From the human T2T-CHM13v2.0 reference genome, Homo sapiens, in the NCBI RefSeq assembly GCF_009914755.1, contig NC_060927.1: a DNA stretch of 64,000 nucleotides. One strand, 5' to 3'. Numbering within the stretch: position 1 is the stretch's first letter; each line of letters opens with the position of its first letter. Below the pieces are notes generated by a model. That model was not told where the DNA came from. It ran no database searches and saw only the letters and a program-made list of their open reading frames with translations. A program made the position numbers and the translations under genes. Shown in pieces: positions 16,803 through 41,746 of the stretch.

Positions 16803-18450
16803 CAGATGAGCTATTACTTTGTCATGGTATAGATTTAAAAACATGAAATATTTTAATATTTTAGTATTTTTTTATTTTATTTAGAAATTAATTGTAAATA
16901 ATGTGTTTCTTAATTAATTTTAGGTTTTATTATTATTTACATTCCTAATCTATCCCATGTACATATTCTGTTAAGCAAATGATTACACATTTAATTGTAT
17001 TATTTTTTATTCAATAGTATTTATTGAACTGCTAATATAGTTCAAGAATTACTCTACATATTGATATAAATACCACCAGCTTTTTCTTTTCAGGTCAACA
17101 TTGTTTTACTGTAAATTATACCAGTACCCTTTTGCTAACACATTATGGCTTTAGCTTTTGTGATTCATAAAACAGAAGTGAAAAAAAATCAATGTGGTTC
17201 TAAAAGTGAACAATGCCTCTCAGTCTAAGCTACCATCACCACGTGAAACCCATCATTAATGCACAATATAAAAATATCATGAAACCAGTAAGTCTTATTT
17301 TATTTTTTTCTCAGGACACAAGGAAAATAATAGAAAGGATGGAAAGCTATGATTTCTTTTGATAAGTTACTGCTTTTCAAATTAGGTTCATTCTCATCAG
17401 ATAGTCTAAAGTGAGGTGATTATATTTATTATTATTTTAAATTGTTTTAATAGAAATGTTCCCTACTATATTGTATCTCTAGAGAGATGAATCAGTATTT
17501 TAAAATATTAATAACTCGTTGTATAATACTTAATGCTTTACATCCTAACCAATTTTACATAGAAAGTGATTGGTGCAGACACAGTGGAGGAGATGGATTT
17601 GATGTGAGATATATCATATAAATAGTTGCTTTATAAAGGAATCACAATAGTATGTGTTATAGAAAATCTTGACTTCATCTTTCTCAACATCTACCTCAAT
17701 TTATAACAAACTTTTCTAATCTTATCAAAAAATTATTTGCTCACAAATTACCAATCAGTTGTCTTATCCTTAACCTCACCTGAAGTGTTTATCTATGGAA
17801 AACCTCTAAGGTTATCTTTTTAAAGTTTTCCCACCTGAGAAAATAATGTGTTCTTTGACATAAATGTTGATCTATGCCAGATATTAAGCATATTGAAAAC
17901 AAGTAGGCATAGATGCAGAGAAAATATGGGATTATTTGTCTGTGGTAAAGCACAATATCACACAAATGTTTACTCAGTAACAGGAAAAGGCTGTTAAGCC
18001 TGTTAGAAAAAAAAGTTCCAATTATGTTCACATCTATAAATTGAAATAATCATAACCGGTAATTTGATCCTAATTTTGTTTACATGTGTCAATGTGGAAG
18101 TTCAAACTCTAAACATGTACTACAAATTCATTAAAAAATCCATGCTCATGAAGCCTCATATCATTATAGACTCCTTTCCATTTATATTGACACTTGCTTT
18201 CAACTGAATCTTTAGGCATACTGAATGATCCACCTGCTTACAGTCCCACATACCTACAGAACTAAGTTACACTATTAAGATACTCATACAAATGACTATA
18301 TTTATAAGTAAATATATAAGCATGTTTTAAAAACTAATCTATGAAAGTCCAAATAGAAAAGAATAATAAATGTACACTAAATTATGATTATGTAATTTAA
18401 TAACAATTTAGAGAAAGATTATGTAAAACAATGGATGCACTGTTCTAAAT

Positions 18451-18636
18451 CAGTGGTTCTCAATTATAACTTGACTCTGAGTCACCTGCCGGGCCTGTTA
18501 AAACCAGATTCTGCATCCCACCTTCAGAGTTTCTGTATCTTTAGTTCAGGTGTGGGGTTCAAAAACTTGCATTTCTAAAAAGTTCCTAGATAAGGTTGAA
18601 GCTGCTAGTTCAATAACTGCATTTTGAATACCACTG
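18451..18636. mobile_element. MER5A hAT-Charlie MITE
   Basis: cagtggttctcaa ... ttgaataccactg terminal inverted repeats, 186 bp, typical MER5A interior. Confidence 0.85.
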
Positions 18637-19014
18637 CTTTAAAACATTCAAACTGTGATTCCTTTTTTAAAATGTTGCTTTACATGCAACTGTATATAGA
18701 ATATTAACCATGAAAAAAAATAACTTACAAATAATCCTGAATGGTATTCCACATTCTAACTTTCATTTGAGATATTTAGAAACTGAGACACAAGGATATT
18801 AAGTGAATCATTCAGCGCATAACTCAATGCATTTTACACTGAAAATGAATTGTGGATGCATGAGAAGATTCATGGCTATATGGGTTGAAAAGGTGAACAA
18901 TTAGTAATAGGTAAGAGAATATTTTGAGAGATAAGAAAAGATTCATTGGACTACAGTGACTACACAATACCAGTAAATATATTCTAAATTAACAATGAAA
19001 ATATTAATTGAAGC

Positions 19015-19990
19015 TGACTTTTAAGTTTCAGTTTCTACATATAACAAGACTGAAAACATCAATTGCATCCTTACAACAAGACAAAAGCTGAGCAAACGAA
19101 AAATCAAAGACATTTTCTTACTCACTGGAGAATTGAGGACTCTGGGCAAACCACCACCCAGGATCTATAAGAGACAAGAGAATACATAAAATCACAGTCA
19201 AAATCGGCTTATTTGGACCAGAAGCCACTGGAGTCCTACACTATCTGGAACACTTGTATGATTCTTTTCATGAATTCTGAGGACTGTAAACTAGTATGAG
19301 AGTAAGAAATTTCTGGGGACCACAGTCTTTGAATACATTTACTTTCATGAGTTCACTTTCAGGAAATCCATGAGGTTCTTAAACCAAGTAAAATCAGAAG
19401 CAGAGGAATGAAAACAGTAACCACAGTGAAATAAACCCATATGTTCTCCATAACAAAGGCTTGCCCTCTAATGTAAACACTGTAATAGCCTTATTGGACA
19501 TAGGCTGAAGGACGATAATTCTGACAACATCAGTTCCTGGGGAGCATATGGAGCACTGAAAACTCTCATTTACAGTGGGAATACAAAATGGCCTAACCAC
19601 TGTGGAAGACAGTTTGGTAGTTTTTTCAAATGTAAACCAAATTTTACCATATAGTCCTGCAATCGTGTTCCTAGACATTTACTTAAATCATTTGAAAACT
19701 ATGTCTACACAGAATATATACAAGAATGTTTGTAGAAGCTTTATTCGAAATCACCAAAAATTAAAAGCAATCAGGATGCTCTTTGATAGGAGAATTAAGA
19801 AATAAAATACGGTACGTCCATGCAAAAGAATAATATTCAGCAATAAAAATATGAATTATTAAGCCATTAAGATACATAGGTGATTCAAAGTTCCTATTTC
19901 TAAGTTTTAAAAGCCAGTCTGAAAGTCTACCTATTGCATCTTTCCAATTATATGACATTGTGGAAAAGGCAAAACTATAGAGACAACAAA
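19015..19990 (+). mobile_element. Ancient L1M remnants: 5'-end-like piece abutting an L1MC-like ORF2 end/3'UTR
   Basis: accactgtggaagacagtttgg ... ggaaaaggcaaaactatagagac is typical of L1MC 3' ends; assignment of the 5' piece is weaker. Confidence 0.6.
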
Positions 19991-21124
19991 AATTAGCTTA
20001 ACTTCCCTATAACATCACCTTGGAGCTTAGGATATCAACATGAATTTTGGAGGGACACAAATATCCAGACCATGGCATTCTGTAAGTCTGAAACTGTTTA
20101 CAAATAAAATATATCCAAAATGTTTTAAGCCTTTAGTAAATGGTTACATTTCATAAATATATTTTTTTATCTGAAAATCTTATTTCTTATGTCAAGGTTA
20201 AATTGAAATCAGAATCTCATCATTTCCCTAAATACCTGCCATAAATGATGGTAAAACCTACACCCAAATTCTTTAATGCATCTTTAAATTCTCCTGTCTT
20301 CTGGAATGAATGCTTAATGGTTTTGCTTTGTGTGTCTCTGTGTTTTTTAATCCTTTTTTCTTTCATCCTAGTCCTCTAACCCTTTTAGAAGCTAAATTTT
20401 GTCATTTTAATCTGATGGTAATTACTATATGCTACTCTATTCAGCATCAGACAGGATTGCCTCAGGGAAAAAAAAGAGATAAGTGCCCTGTGGAGTTTAA
20501 ATAGATTTGTTCTGCAGATATGCCAAACTACATTTTATTTTTAAATCTCTATAAAGTGAATCTGAATCTATTTCAATTGTTGCATTTTATTGATGGTAAG
20601 ACTTTTGAATGAGATTCTTTGTTCTACATAAAAAAATGAGAAAAAACAACCTTTTGGTATCAGCTACTCACATTATGTGTCTGATTTTACTGGAAAGTTG
20701 ACTTAACTAGGCATTTGTGCAATCATTTTCCTGAATTAAATGGTGATATCTAAATAAAAAACATTTGTATGTTGACCAGTAGCAATTTCTTCTCTAAAGA
20801 AGGATGGTTACAAATTTTAAGGATAAGTATATGTGTTGCAATCATTCAAGCCGTATACTACATTAGACTAATTACATTAACAGAACATATATTTTGTTAG
20901 ATTTAATAGTTGAAAATACTAGAAACAGAGAAATGAAATCAATAGATATACTCTTTTTAAAAAAAAGTTGATTAAGATTGAAACCAAAGGCTTTTAATCT
21001 TAATTATGGGGCAATTTCACCTAATAAAACCTTAATAAAAATAGACAGAACAAACTAGTTATTGGATTATACTTTTCATAAAATCTATTTTCTTCCAATG
21101 TTATTTTATTCATTTATTTTTAAA

Positions 21125-29616
<8,492 letters not shown>

Positions 29617-30285
29617 TACCCTCACATCTTTTTCTAATTTTAAAGCAATTTGTGTTTATTGTGGACAATACAAAAAAAATTAATTATATAATTTTTTAAA
29701 TTATCATTACCCATATACAAACATTATTTTAATTTTAAAATACAGCATCTCAATATATTTACAAAAATGTACACACATCTCTTTTATGCATGACCATATG
29801 TATATTACTATTTACACACAATTTTTCTATACCTAAATGGACATTTTTCTATGTCAATAATGTTGTACTTATTTTCTGCTAAATGAATGAATTAATAAAC
29901 AAAGAAGTAAATGAGAAGACTCATGATTCTTAACTTTTATACCTTTCAGAATTATAGGTAACTATTGACCTGGCGACAAGGAAATTTAACCACTGTCGTT
30001 AACTGCTTCTATTGGTATAATCAGAAATTTTAAACTTTTTTTTAAACCTCAGATTAGTATAAAATAAGGGTGTTGGACATATAATCTTGAGGTATTGAAA
30101 GAACTGAGTTGACCAATAAAGATTCATGGTGGCAAGTAATAGAAAGCGGTTCTGCTATAATAAGCAGAAACTTAATTCAAAGGATATCATTAAGCTCTGA
30201 GAATTCATAGCAAGGCTGGAGAATCAGTCTAAGAATATGGGCAGAGCTAAGGAAACCTAGGTAGAAAATTTGTAGGTATGATCAT

Positions 30286-30471
30286 TGTATTGGTCTGTTC
30301 TCACACTGCTATAAGGAACTACCTGAGACTGAGTAATTTATAAAGAAAAGTGGTTTATTGGACTCACAGTTCTGCAGGATGTACAGGAAGCATGGCTGGG
30401 AGGCCTCAGGAAACTTACAGTCATGGCGAAAGGCAAAGGGGAAGCTAACATGTCATACTATTGCAGAACAG

Positions 30472-30502
<31 letters not shown>

Positions 30503-30503
30503 T

Positions 30504-30544
<41 letters not shown>

Positions 30545-30716
30545 AGTACTACACACTTTCAAACAACCAGATCTCATGAGAACTGTTATCATGAGAACAG
30601 CAAGGGGGAAGTTTGCCCCCAAGATTCAATCACCTCACGCCAGGCCCTCCCTTCAACATGCGGGGATGACAATTTGACACGAGATTTAGGTGGGAACACA
30701 GAACCAAACCGTATCA
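30286..30716 (-). mobile_element. MaLR solo LTR (MSTA-like) with internal (GA)n
   Basis: tgtattggtctgttctcacactgctataagg ... aaccaaaccgtatca; 5-bp TSD atcat/atgat. Confidence 0.88.
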
Positions 30717-31319
30717 ATGATACAACTGAAACGTGTGTTTAGAATTCCATTCTGACCTCTATCGCTATCACTGGATTTTTGCTGCCTTTGGACTTTCCCC
30801 GTGCTGTCACCATGAATGATCTCCCCACTTTGATGAAGTCTTTGTGTTAGCTCAGTGGAATTTCAGGTCCTGGGAGGCAGCATCTGACTGGCTAAGTGAC
30901 TATGTCTACTTTTAAGAGCTAGGGAAGCAAAGTATTGTACATTCATGCAATGTAATGCTACTCAAATATCAAAAAAAGAGAGAAAATAATAAAAAGATTT
31001 CAACAAACAGTATTATATATAAATTCAACCCAGAAAAAAATGCTTAAAAGCTGTAAATTAAAACCCTAGAGTAGCTAAAGGTTGTTATTAAAATGATTTC
31101 ATTTCTTGAATAATTATAGTTTCCTTCATCAGGGACGCACTTTTACAATTTCTGTGTCTTATCTCCCTTCTTCATGCATATATGCTGCCTTATCCAGACA
31201 GCTAATATTTTTATCGAATGGTGCATTTTGTTTCATTATCTTAGGAGAAATGCGATTCTTTGTCTTCAACAGCACAGAGAAATTTTGTATAATGTATTCT
31301 AGATTTGTCAATAATAGAC

Positions 31320-31865
<546 letters not shown>

Positions 31866-34800
31866 TTATAAGAGAATCTCATGGAAGAAAATTCACAAGA
31901 TTAAATGGGAAATATCTAGATTTGAAAAGGGCATTTTTTTGGCATTGACTTGAAACAGAATGCCAATTCATATCCTCTATTCCATCTATTCATGAAGCTT
32001 GGCCTATATTAACTAAATGTATTCTTTATTGTCTATGCAGTGGACAGGATAAAAGAAAGTGATATTTATAGCCTGAATTGCTGAATTCAACTCTAATTAT
32101 TTACTGCTTTTGTCAGCTTATCTCAAACAATATTTTAAAAATTAGTATGCTCAACTTCTTTCCCATCATGTGTATTCAGGAGCCATAGGGAGGTTATAAG
32201 ATGTAAGCCAAAAGATCTGTTATATAATACTTAAATTATTTTTTATGCCATTCTTCCTATTAATATTCTTGGATAGCTAACACAGATAAAAAATATTTTC
32301 TTTAAAATCATAAGGCACATTTCCAAAATTTGATGGACTATTATATGAAATAATACTTGTAGCAATTGAGTTACCTGATGATAGTATCAGAAGTTTTAAA
32401 TTTGGTTTATATTCAAAATGTGATTTTTTTATTATAAAACACATATTTTGGGGGGTAAGTCAAAATTCACCCTGTTTTATACTTAATATTTGAATCACAG
32501 AATCTGAAGCAGCACTTTTCTTATATACTATATAAAACTTAAATTAAGTTTGATTACATTTTGCATGATAAACAAATAGATGTTGCCTTTATTTTCTTAA
32601 ATAAAATAAATATAGATAAAATGTGCCAAAAATACCAAACTTTGTCATTTGGTAAATTCAGTAACCATTATAAAGAGGTTCAAATATTAACTGTTGTAAA
32701 CCACATTTAATAGAAAAATATTAGTAACAAGATTTTAATTTTTTGCAACTATTTTCAGACATTTTATTGTATGAATAACTCAGGGTTCAGATCTTAAAAA
32801 ATAAACATTAAACTTCATGGTTAATATTTCATAGTCAATGCAATATCAAATATAATATCCATAAATTTTTATCCACAACATTATCAACTTGGTTTCTCAT
32901 TTTGCATCAGAGAAAATATATTCCTTTTTTATATCAATAGTTGAAAGGAAAACAAATGCATAGAATTACAAAAAGCAACTATAACAGGTAGGTTTTGAGG
33001 CAAGAATTAAAGAATTTTTTTTATATCAATTAATACAGGGGTATGCATGTTTTGAGAATATACTTTGTTTCACACATTATGATACCATCATTGAATCATA
33101 GCCACTTTTGACTATTAAGAAAAAGGCAGGGTTGTGATTTTGATGTGTTTGGTGGTCAAAGATAGGAGATGACAAGCAATTTACAAGTTACAGGATTTTC
33201 TCTGTTGAGAAGCAGAGGTGTTTTAAGACCAGATATTGCACATCCAAATATGAGATTTATCTTCATTTTTAGATAAATGGGCCTTATTCTGTAGCATCTG
33301 AATTGGTCACAGGGAAAAAAGTAAACAAATTGACAAGCAAACCCAAATTTAACTTTGATAACTTCTTTCCACCTAGTCTTGTCATCCCGGTGTGTTCCTT
33401 CTTAGATACTATACTTTACAGAACACCTGCCTCTAATCTCTTCAAATTATATTTAGGTTCTTCGGAGAAGAAAATTTAGTTACATTTCTGAATATCAAAC
33501 ATAAAAGTTCCTCCATGGACAGTTAACTCATTCTATTCATAACTCCAATTTTTCTGAAACTACTGACTGTTTTTGTTTGTTTATACTGATCCAAAAGCTG
33601 CTAGAGTAAACAAACAGCTTCTGTTATATTAAGACCTAATATTATGTGTGAAATTCATTCATTAACTCAAGATAGAGATCTGAATCTTCGATCTTGGATA
33701 TTTTAAGATTAATATTGAATATTTTAAGATTATTAAGAAGAATCCAGAGTTATAGCATCACCTTAAATAAAAGAAGATGCTCTAGGAGGTTTGAGATGAA
33801 CTGTTTTGCCTCCTAGTCACCTAGGGGCTAAAAGTCCAGAACTAAATCATATAGAAATTAAAGATATCGTGTTTCTTGGGCACTTGAGTTAGAAGGATGT
33901 AATTATATTCTTGATGTATATACATGTTTCTAAAATGTTATGTTCCTAGAGAAGGAAGTGACTACACAAAATTTTCTAAGTTTAACTTATTGATTCATTT
34001 AACAACTTTTTAGCCAGCTACTCTGTGCCACACCTAGATCTTAAGATTAGGTATACAAAATTAAATAAGGCAAATTAGATGGGATCATTTATACTGAAGG
34101 CAGAACACTTTCTTTGGATGGGAGTGCACACACCTTATGGAACACCTTGGAAAAATGATTTGAGGTTTACTACAACAAGTCAAGAAATCAAGGAATATTT
34201 ATGGAATAATACTCTAACTACACTATTATTCCAGGTACTGTAAACTTTGTCTTTGATAGAAAACATCAAATTTATAAACTGCGCTGTTTGATTCTTAAAC
34301 ACTAGTTTTTGTCTTTTGCTATTACTTACTTATTTTTCCTTTTCTCTCCCCCCTTTTTTTTCTCCTTCTCTACCTCTTTCTGTCTTCTGGCTTCCCACTC
34401 CCTCTTTTTTCTTTCTGTGAAGACTTATGCAATTGCTTTGAATTAAGTACCCTTAGAGAGCTTGTTTGGGGAAACACATTAAAGAAAAACATGAGAAAAA
34501 ATTGTTCTTACTCATTTCTTATAACCGTAGTTATTCTATACAAATTGAATTTCCATTAAATTCATTTTTGTATTAGCTTATCATAGTACAAATTTCATTT
34601 GACTCTAAATAGTATTTGAAAATAATGTTTGATCTAATTTTTTAGTCATAGTTGGGCAATTAGCATTGAACCATTTTTTCCATTTTATAAATCAATAATC
34701 TGATTTCTAGTTTTGAAAAAATTGAAAGCCAATTTTTATTTTCTGAGTTTAATAAAATATATTTTTCAGGAATCTGCAAGACTGCACAATGGCAAATACT

Positions 34801-37800
34801 GTGAACTATATTATAACGTAGAGGGTGTCTCTTTTACCCTTTGGAATCGAAGCCATACAAAAACACAGTGGGATACCCCTCTTTGCATACACAGTGTGTT
34901 GTACAGTCTTAGCAGACTCCTATTTATCATAAGTGATGGACTGAAAAGGGGATCTTGCTGAGATCAACTCCTCCTGTGTTTAAATGATTGATTGATAGAG
35001 TACATATTTGGCTTAATTGCTCAATAATAGAAGCAAAATAGATGTCATTATACATATAGTACTTTCCACTTAATAACTAAAAATCAGAAAAAAGGTTTAT
35101 TTTTCTAAAACTTTGTAAACATGCTTCACAGTAAATTCTGAAGAATAAGAAATACTTAAAATAAAAACAGATATATTTAGTTTTTATGTGTGTGTTTATA
35201 TGTTATAAATATAAACACATGTATACATAGAGAGTGATATATATCTCTAACATTTTATTTTTAAAATATGTAGCATTTTCCCCCATTGCCTACTTTGGAA
35301 TGTGAATACTGGTTTCATATGAGTTTTTCTTTATCCTTCAATGTAAGTTTCATGAAGGCATGACTAAATTTTATACTTTAAAAGTGTTTATAAAATAAGT
35401 TAGCTAGCAGACCAGGCTCAGTAAACACTTACTCAAATAATTGTCTTCTCCCTTACCCCTACCAAATTATCCATGCATTGTGATATTTTCTCCATCCAAA
35501 ATGGACTGTAAAGAGATTTTTTTTTCCCTCTGTAGTTTGATTTTGAAAAGGGCACTAGTAACTTCCTATAGGGAAATGGGTCAAGTGACTAAGTAACAGT
35601 CACTGCCTTTCCCTCAGTCAGGGAACTGCCTGCAGGTATTCCATGGGGAGGTAGAGACTGAGATAGTACTTACATGTTGTTCTCAGACTTAAAAACCCTT
35701 CTTTGGAGTTCTCCAATTTGGGAGCGACACAGTTTCTGGGGAATTCCGCAACATGTATTTAAAACCACTGTTCTCTTCTCTGAACATGTAGAATTTATTT
35801 CTTATTTATATAAAACTCCACATCTGTCTTTCTAAATCAAGTGACATTTTTTTTTCTTATTTAATGAGATAGAAATTATCTGGAGGAACTCAGTCTCCGT
35901 GATATAAATTCACATTTTCCCTTTTGTTTCTGTTACCCAGTAGTTTTTTTTAATTTGATTTAAATGATTCACCATATGTCTCTCAAATCTTTTTTTCTTT
36001 ATTTTCCCCTTTGTTTTTCTTTATTTTTCAATCCTATATAATTACTAGTTTTGTGAAAAAGAAAAATTAAAGTGTTAAGTGCATTAATTTCTGTTTTCAA
36101 ATAATCATATTTAATTCTCGATTTTTAAAAACTTAGTCATAATGTGATACAAACACCAAATTCTCTTTTAAAAAATATTACTCTGTTTAGAGATAATCCT
36201 GTTATTATATTTTCATTTTAAGATAACTTTTAGTGACATTAGATATTTCAGCATGTATACATAATGCATCGCTATGCTTTACAAGTAGAGCAAAATAAAT
36301 CCATTAACAGTTGAAAATTGTAACAGAAATTTGAGTAAAAATTTTCCTGCTACTACTCATAAAATAATTTTAAAACAGTCTTGAAAATAAACCTTATTTC
36401 TATCATTAAGGGATTCTCAGAAACATTTGCTACTAGCATGCTTTTATCAAAACATACTAAATCAGGAGTGAAGAACAGATTCCCTACCATAATGAGTTAA
36501 CTTAGGCGGGCAGAAGATGCTCAGAAGAATCAAGAGAAACAATAGCCCTGGCACAAAAGGAAAGTAAAATACTTTGCATCATTGACTCTTGGGTGCAAAG
36601 TAATCTGCAGAAACAAGAAGGTCAAAGTTTGCTACTAGCAAGTCAAAAGTCTACTGGAGTGCCAGCAAAGAATGCCAGTTCCCAGAGGAAATGGGGTATC
36701 GACAAAATATTATTCTTAATCCCTATTGTTAATCAGAAAATGTCTGTGTTGTACAATATTTCACATATAACTAGATAAAATTCCTTGTATGAGCATTCTT
36801 GGGTATACCACTGTTATCTGTGATGCCTGTCCGGATAGATGTAAGAAAACATGTCTATGTGGGAGGAAGGAGATCAAGAAACAGACTTGCCATAGTGAGC
36901 CCCTTCTCTTGGAACTAGTTATGTAAATGAAATTTTCTATGTAACTTAAAAACAGGTAGAAATTCGTCGAATTATTGTTCTTGAAAAGATTCTCTTTTGT
37001 GGAATCATTATGATTTTTTACACATTAATTAATTATTAAAAATAATATCAGGAGAGTTATACAGGTGTTATATGGCCTCATTCCAAAATTCTTCAATTTT
37101 CTAAACTCTAGGACTAAAACCAGAAGTGATGAATCTGTAGAAATATAATTTTTAATTTTTGTCATAATTTTCAAAATTTTCTAATATATGAGGTCATAAT
37201 GAAATATAAAAATGCCACAATTTTATAACCAATTTAGATACCAAAGAAAGATTAAGTCATTGCAGAAAATTCATCTACTTGGCCTAAAATATAAGCAACA
37301 AGATTGCAGTATTTAACTCTGTACTGTCTTTTTTAGTATCTTTGTATCAATAGAATTGACTGATTATTTAACTTAATCTACCAAGTAATTCCTTCTAAAT
37401 ATGCTACACTATTTTATCCTATGTAAGTATTATCTCAGTTGATTGAAATTAATAACACCAACTTTTTTGGATCATCTGCTCTATTAAAGCACGCATTTTT
37501 TTCAGAAATTTTCTCTTAATTCTTTGAATATCCTTACAAGGTATGATGCATTATCACCCTCAATTTTTAATAAAAAACAGTGATGAATATAGTTTGTAAG
37601 TAAAGATAGTTCAGTTTGGTTTCTTGATATTACATAGTTTCTAAGTGATATAGGTAAGATAGAAACCCATCTGTGTCAAACTCCAAAAACTATATTTTTT
37701 TCTTTACCAGAGACTGTCTCAATTGTTACATTTATTTAGTTTAATTCTTAACCAAATTAACTAGATGACAATTACTTTTCACCCATTTTTTAAAAATAGT

Positions 37801-40800
37801 TGAAATAGATACCAATCTCTTAACTTTGTATCTTGACATCATTTTTTCACTTAGAAATATCTGAATGAAATGCTCATGAAAGGATTAAGAAAGTCTGCAG
37901 TTGAGCCTGGAGCCAGCAAAAGACATCATCACTAAAAGTATATGCATGACCCGCATTTGTTGCCTTTATGGTCCTTACCCAAGATATTTGAATTCACCAG
38001 AATGGTCTTAATATGGTATTGTAAGTACCTGGATCTGAAAACCATTAAGTATGAGAGTGCGCTGTATTGGTGATGCCAGTTTGTGGACTCCTTATGTAAA
38101 TAAATGAAGGACAAGTTAAAAACTGCAGTCACTCATGTGAAATATAAAAGGCTGGCAGAATACGGCTAAATGTCGAGGTCTAGCCCAATGTGTGAGATTT
38201 AGAGAAATCATGTATTCCAATAAAATCAGATATACTCCTGAAACTATGAGAATCAATTATAATTTTCTAATTCCACCACTTAAAAGTATTCCAAAAGACT
38301 GATGGTACTAATTGGGTTCTTATGAACCCAAATTCCCACGTAGGAATTTTGCTGGCTTCTATTCATAAAGCCACTAAAATTAAATCTAAATTGGAAATGG
38401 TTTTGGGCAGAATTATTAAAATATTAACTAAAGGCAGTTGTTCAGGTACTCTCACTGGTATATTATAACTTTATGGATCATAAGATTTTAAATGTGTTTG
38501 TAACTAGAACTTATGCAGACTGAACCCTCTGGCAGAGAGTAAATACCACTATTTTCATCCAAAACCTCTTGTGTTTTGAGTTCTAAAACTGCTGGATGCA
38601 GCCCCTTGTAGAGCCTATTGGAAGAAAATTTCTAATTTGCAATTGGGCATTGAAAGAGAATTTTCCTGCTACTTAAGGATATCAGATAATTTTGAGACTA
38701 GTAATATCTACTATGTCTTTGGTAATATTGGAGAAAGAGTCCCAAAGAGAGAGAGCAGCACAATAATTCTCACTGATAAAGTGGAGATGATATTCAAAAC
38801 CATATATCAGAGAAATTTCATTACGCATTCCCACATACTGGACCAGGTTTCTCCCCTGCCTGCACAACTGATGATAGAGCTTTTGAGGGACCTCCCTGAC
38901 CCCTACCCAGTATGTTCTAAACCCTATGTTTTCTTTTCAGCAAAGCAAATAATGCTGATTGGGCCACAATTAATGTCTAGAACTGAGAGTTGAATGGCTG
39001 TTTTGGAAATTGATCGCAGTATACTTGGTGGATAGTGTAAAACCCCAGGGGAAGAGGAAAATCCACATTTTTACACTAGGGAAAGCTGAGATCAGTTTAA
39101 ATAACAGGCACATAAGGAGTGAGGCTCCCACTCTGAGAATAGTGTTTTGACATGCACTAACCCTTGTGCTGTAGCCATTGTCCTTACAGTATATTGAGAC
39201 AGGGAGATCCTAGCTGACTGTGTGACAAACAAGACTTCAGTTTGAGTTACTCAGTTATGGAAGTCTCTGTGGGAATTTACAGAAACAATCAGGTCATTCA
39301 TGTAGATGTCCTCCAAAAAGGTCAAGTGGTCAGCTAAGGAATTGGAATGCTACAGAGACTACTTGAGTCAGATACTTACAGTTAGCTTCCCAAGTTCATG
39401 AAATGAGTAGGCATAATATGCTCAGACTGTGCACACACAATTGCTCCTCAAATCAGATGAAACCACTAATGTGGTAAGAAACTCTGCTTGTGCCAGCAGG
39501 AAACCAATCTCCTTAAGATGGCTCTAGGTGGAATTCTTAGTGCTCAGGGGCCAGCACCTTGCTGGAATACTTGAACTACTGCCAGTAGCCCAAGCTGGGG
39601 GTTACTGATGGGTGTTCTTTAGAATTTCCAGCATTTTTACTCTATGTTTCGTTTATTCAGTTTCAGAAGCAACTGTGAAAAATACAATTAAGGTTTGGAA
39701 TAGCAAACAGGTTGTTAATTTGGCTCACCAAAATATATTTATTCTAATTAACCTACACACATTACTCTTACCATTGTACAGCAAGCAAGCAAGAAAATAT
39801 ACTTTTAAAGATATATATTACATTTTTAATATCCTCAGAGTAGTTTCACTGAATCCACAATTTTGAATAACATACACTTATAATAAAATGGGTGGTACAA
39901 AAATTTGAGAGGCTGGCTGAATCAATTAAATGAACATGTCCTGACAGAATATGATAGACATAAAGGAAGAACTTCATCAGAACAATTACTACAATGAGGA
40001 GATGAGAATGAGGTCTTGAGCAATAATGTAATAATACAACTTTGTATCTGTCCAGTTTTAAAAATGTGTTCTTTGGATTTGCCTGATTTTGTTGCCCTAA
40101 GGCAAGGGCTGCATTTACATGTGCCAGGGCAGAGAAAAATTGGATGCATAAGATGTAATATCTATTAGCTAACTTTGTCAGGGAATAGTCCTAAATAAAC
40201 TTTAGGGTCAGACAAAATTTTAGCCCTTCTAGCTAATTTAGGTATAACTATGACTGTGTCCTGATTACCAAGTGGCAGAAACAGTCTTTTAAGTTTTTAC
40301 CTATCAAGCCCTGAAACTTCTTCCTAGAAATGAGATAACAACAGGATATGGTGAGGCAATTATCACTGATGTTTCTGTCTATGGGTAAGGCATTATGTTG
40401 AAGCCAGAGCACTCCTTCAAAAAAGGAAGAATGTCAGTTAAGTAATAAAGAAAGAAGAGTTCATGGCAAATGGGAAAGGAACTGTATGTTGGTTGTAATC
40501 CCAGGGATGAATGCAGCAACTTTAATCCCATAACAGTATCTCAGAGCAAGAGAATAATAGTCTTAGCTATGATTAAGATCTGGTGTTAACTAATGGCATG
40601 TGTGAGAAAAGCCACTTGATCTGTAAAAATAGCCATTTGCACAAAGAATGGAAATTGACTTGCTGATTTATTGGCTCTGTCTAAATACTCAATCTGCAGA
40701 ATATAGAGAAAAAATGTGTTGCATTGTCCTCTGATTCAATCAATTGGAGCTAACATTGGATTCATGATTTGTAGACTCTTTACTATTTTGTTTTTATTGT

Positions 40801-41413
40801 AATGTATCTTGAGATAAATATTGCACGTGGATCATGTTGCTTAGCTTCTGTCCAAGGTGTGGATTTGAAACCACCTGACAAATTAAGATTGCTGCCAAGG
40901 GATGATCGGAAGCCAATTTATTCCACCTTCCCGGAAGGTCAGCACTTGACTTGCTCCTTTGAATATACTAAAAGTGAATGAAGATTAAATGCCTTTCAAA
41001 AAACTGGCATGGTAGCTGAGCAGCCCCAAGAGATGGGGACTTTGAATTGATACTGTGGCCAAATATCACAAATAACTCTACTTTTGAGATGCAGACATGC
41101 TATTCATGACCACTCATACCAAGCTGTATTTAGGACAAGACAGCCCAATGGACAGTTTAGTGGGCTACATATTTTATCTGCATGCTATGTTGTACCCATC
41201 CTGTTTTATGCTACAAATATCCTGTGGCAAGAATTTATGTAGTGACTTGATTAGAACTGGACATGTCAATCTAGCTGTGATGTTAGAATTTTAGTTGTCT
41301 ATTTTAATCATGTTTTTAGGGATCTTACAGATGCACTATTCCAGGAGAATCGCATCAGCTATCAGTCAGATAGGAAAGATAAAATATAACCTGTGTGTTG
41401 GCTAGGCTTGTCA

Positions 41414-41746
<333 letters not shown>

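Noticed and set aside
30358-30677. ER-rich ORFs
   Set aside because: (GA)n microsatellite inside an MST LTR
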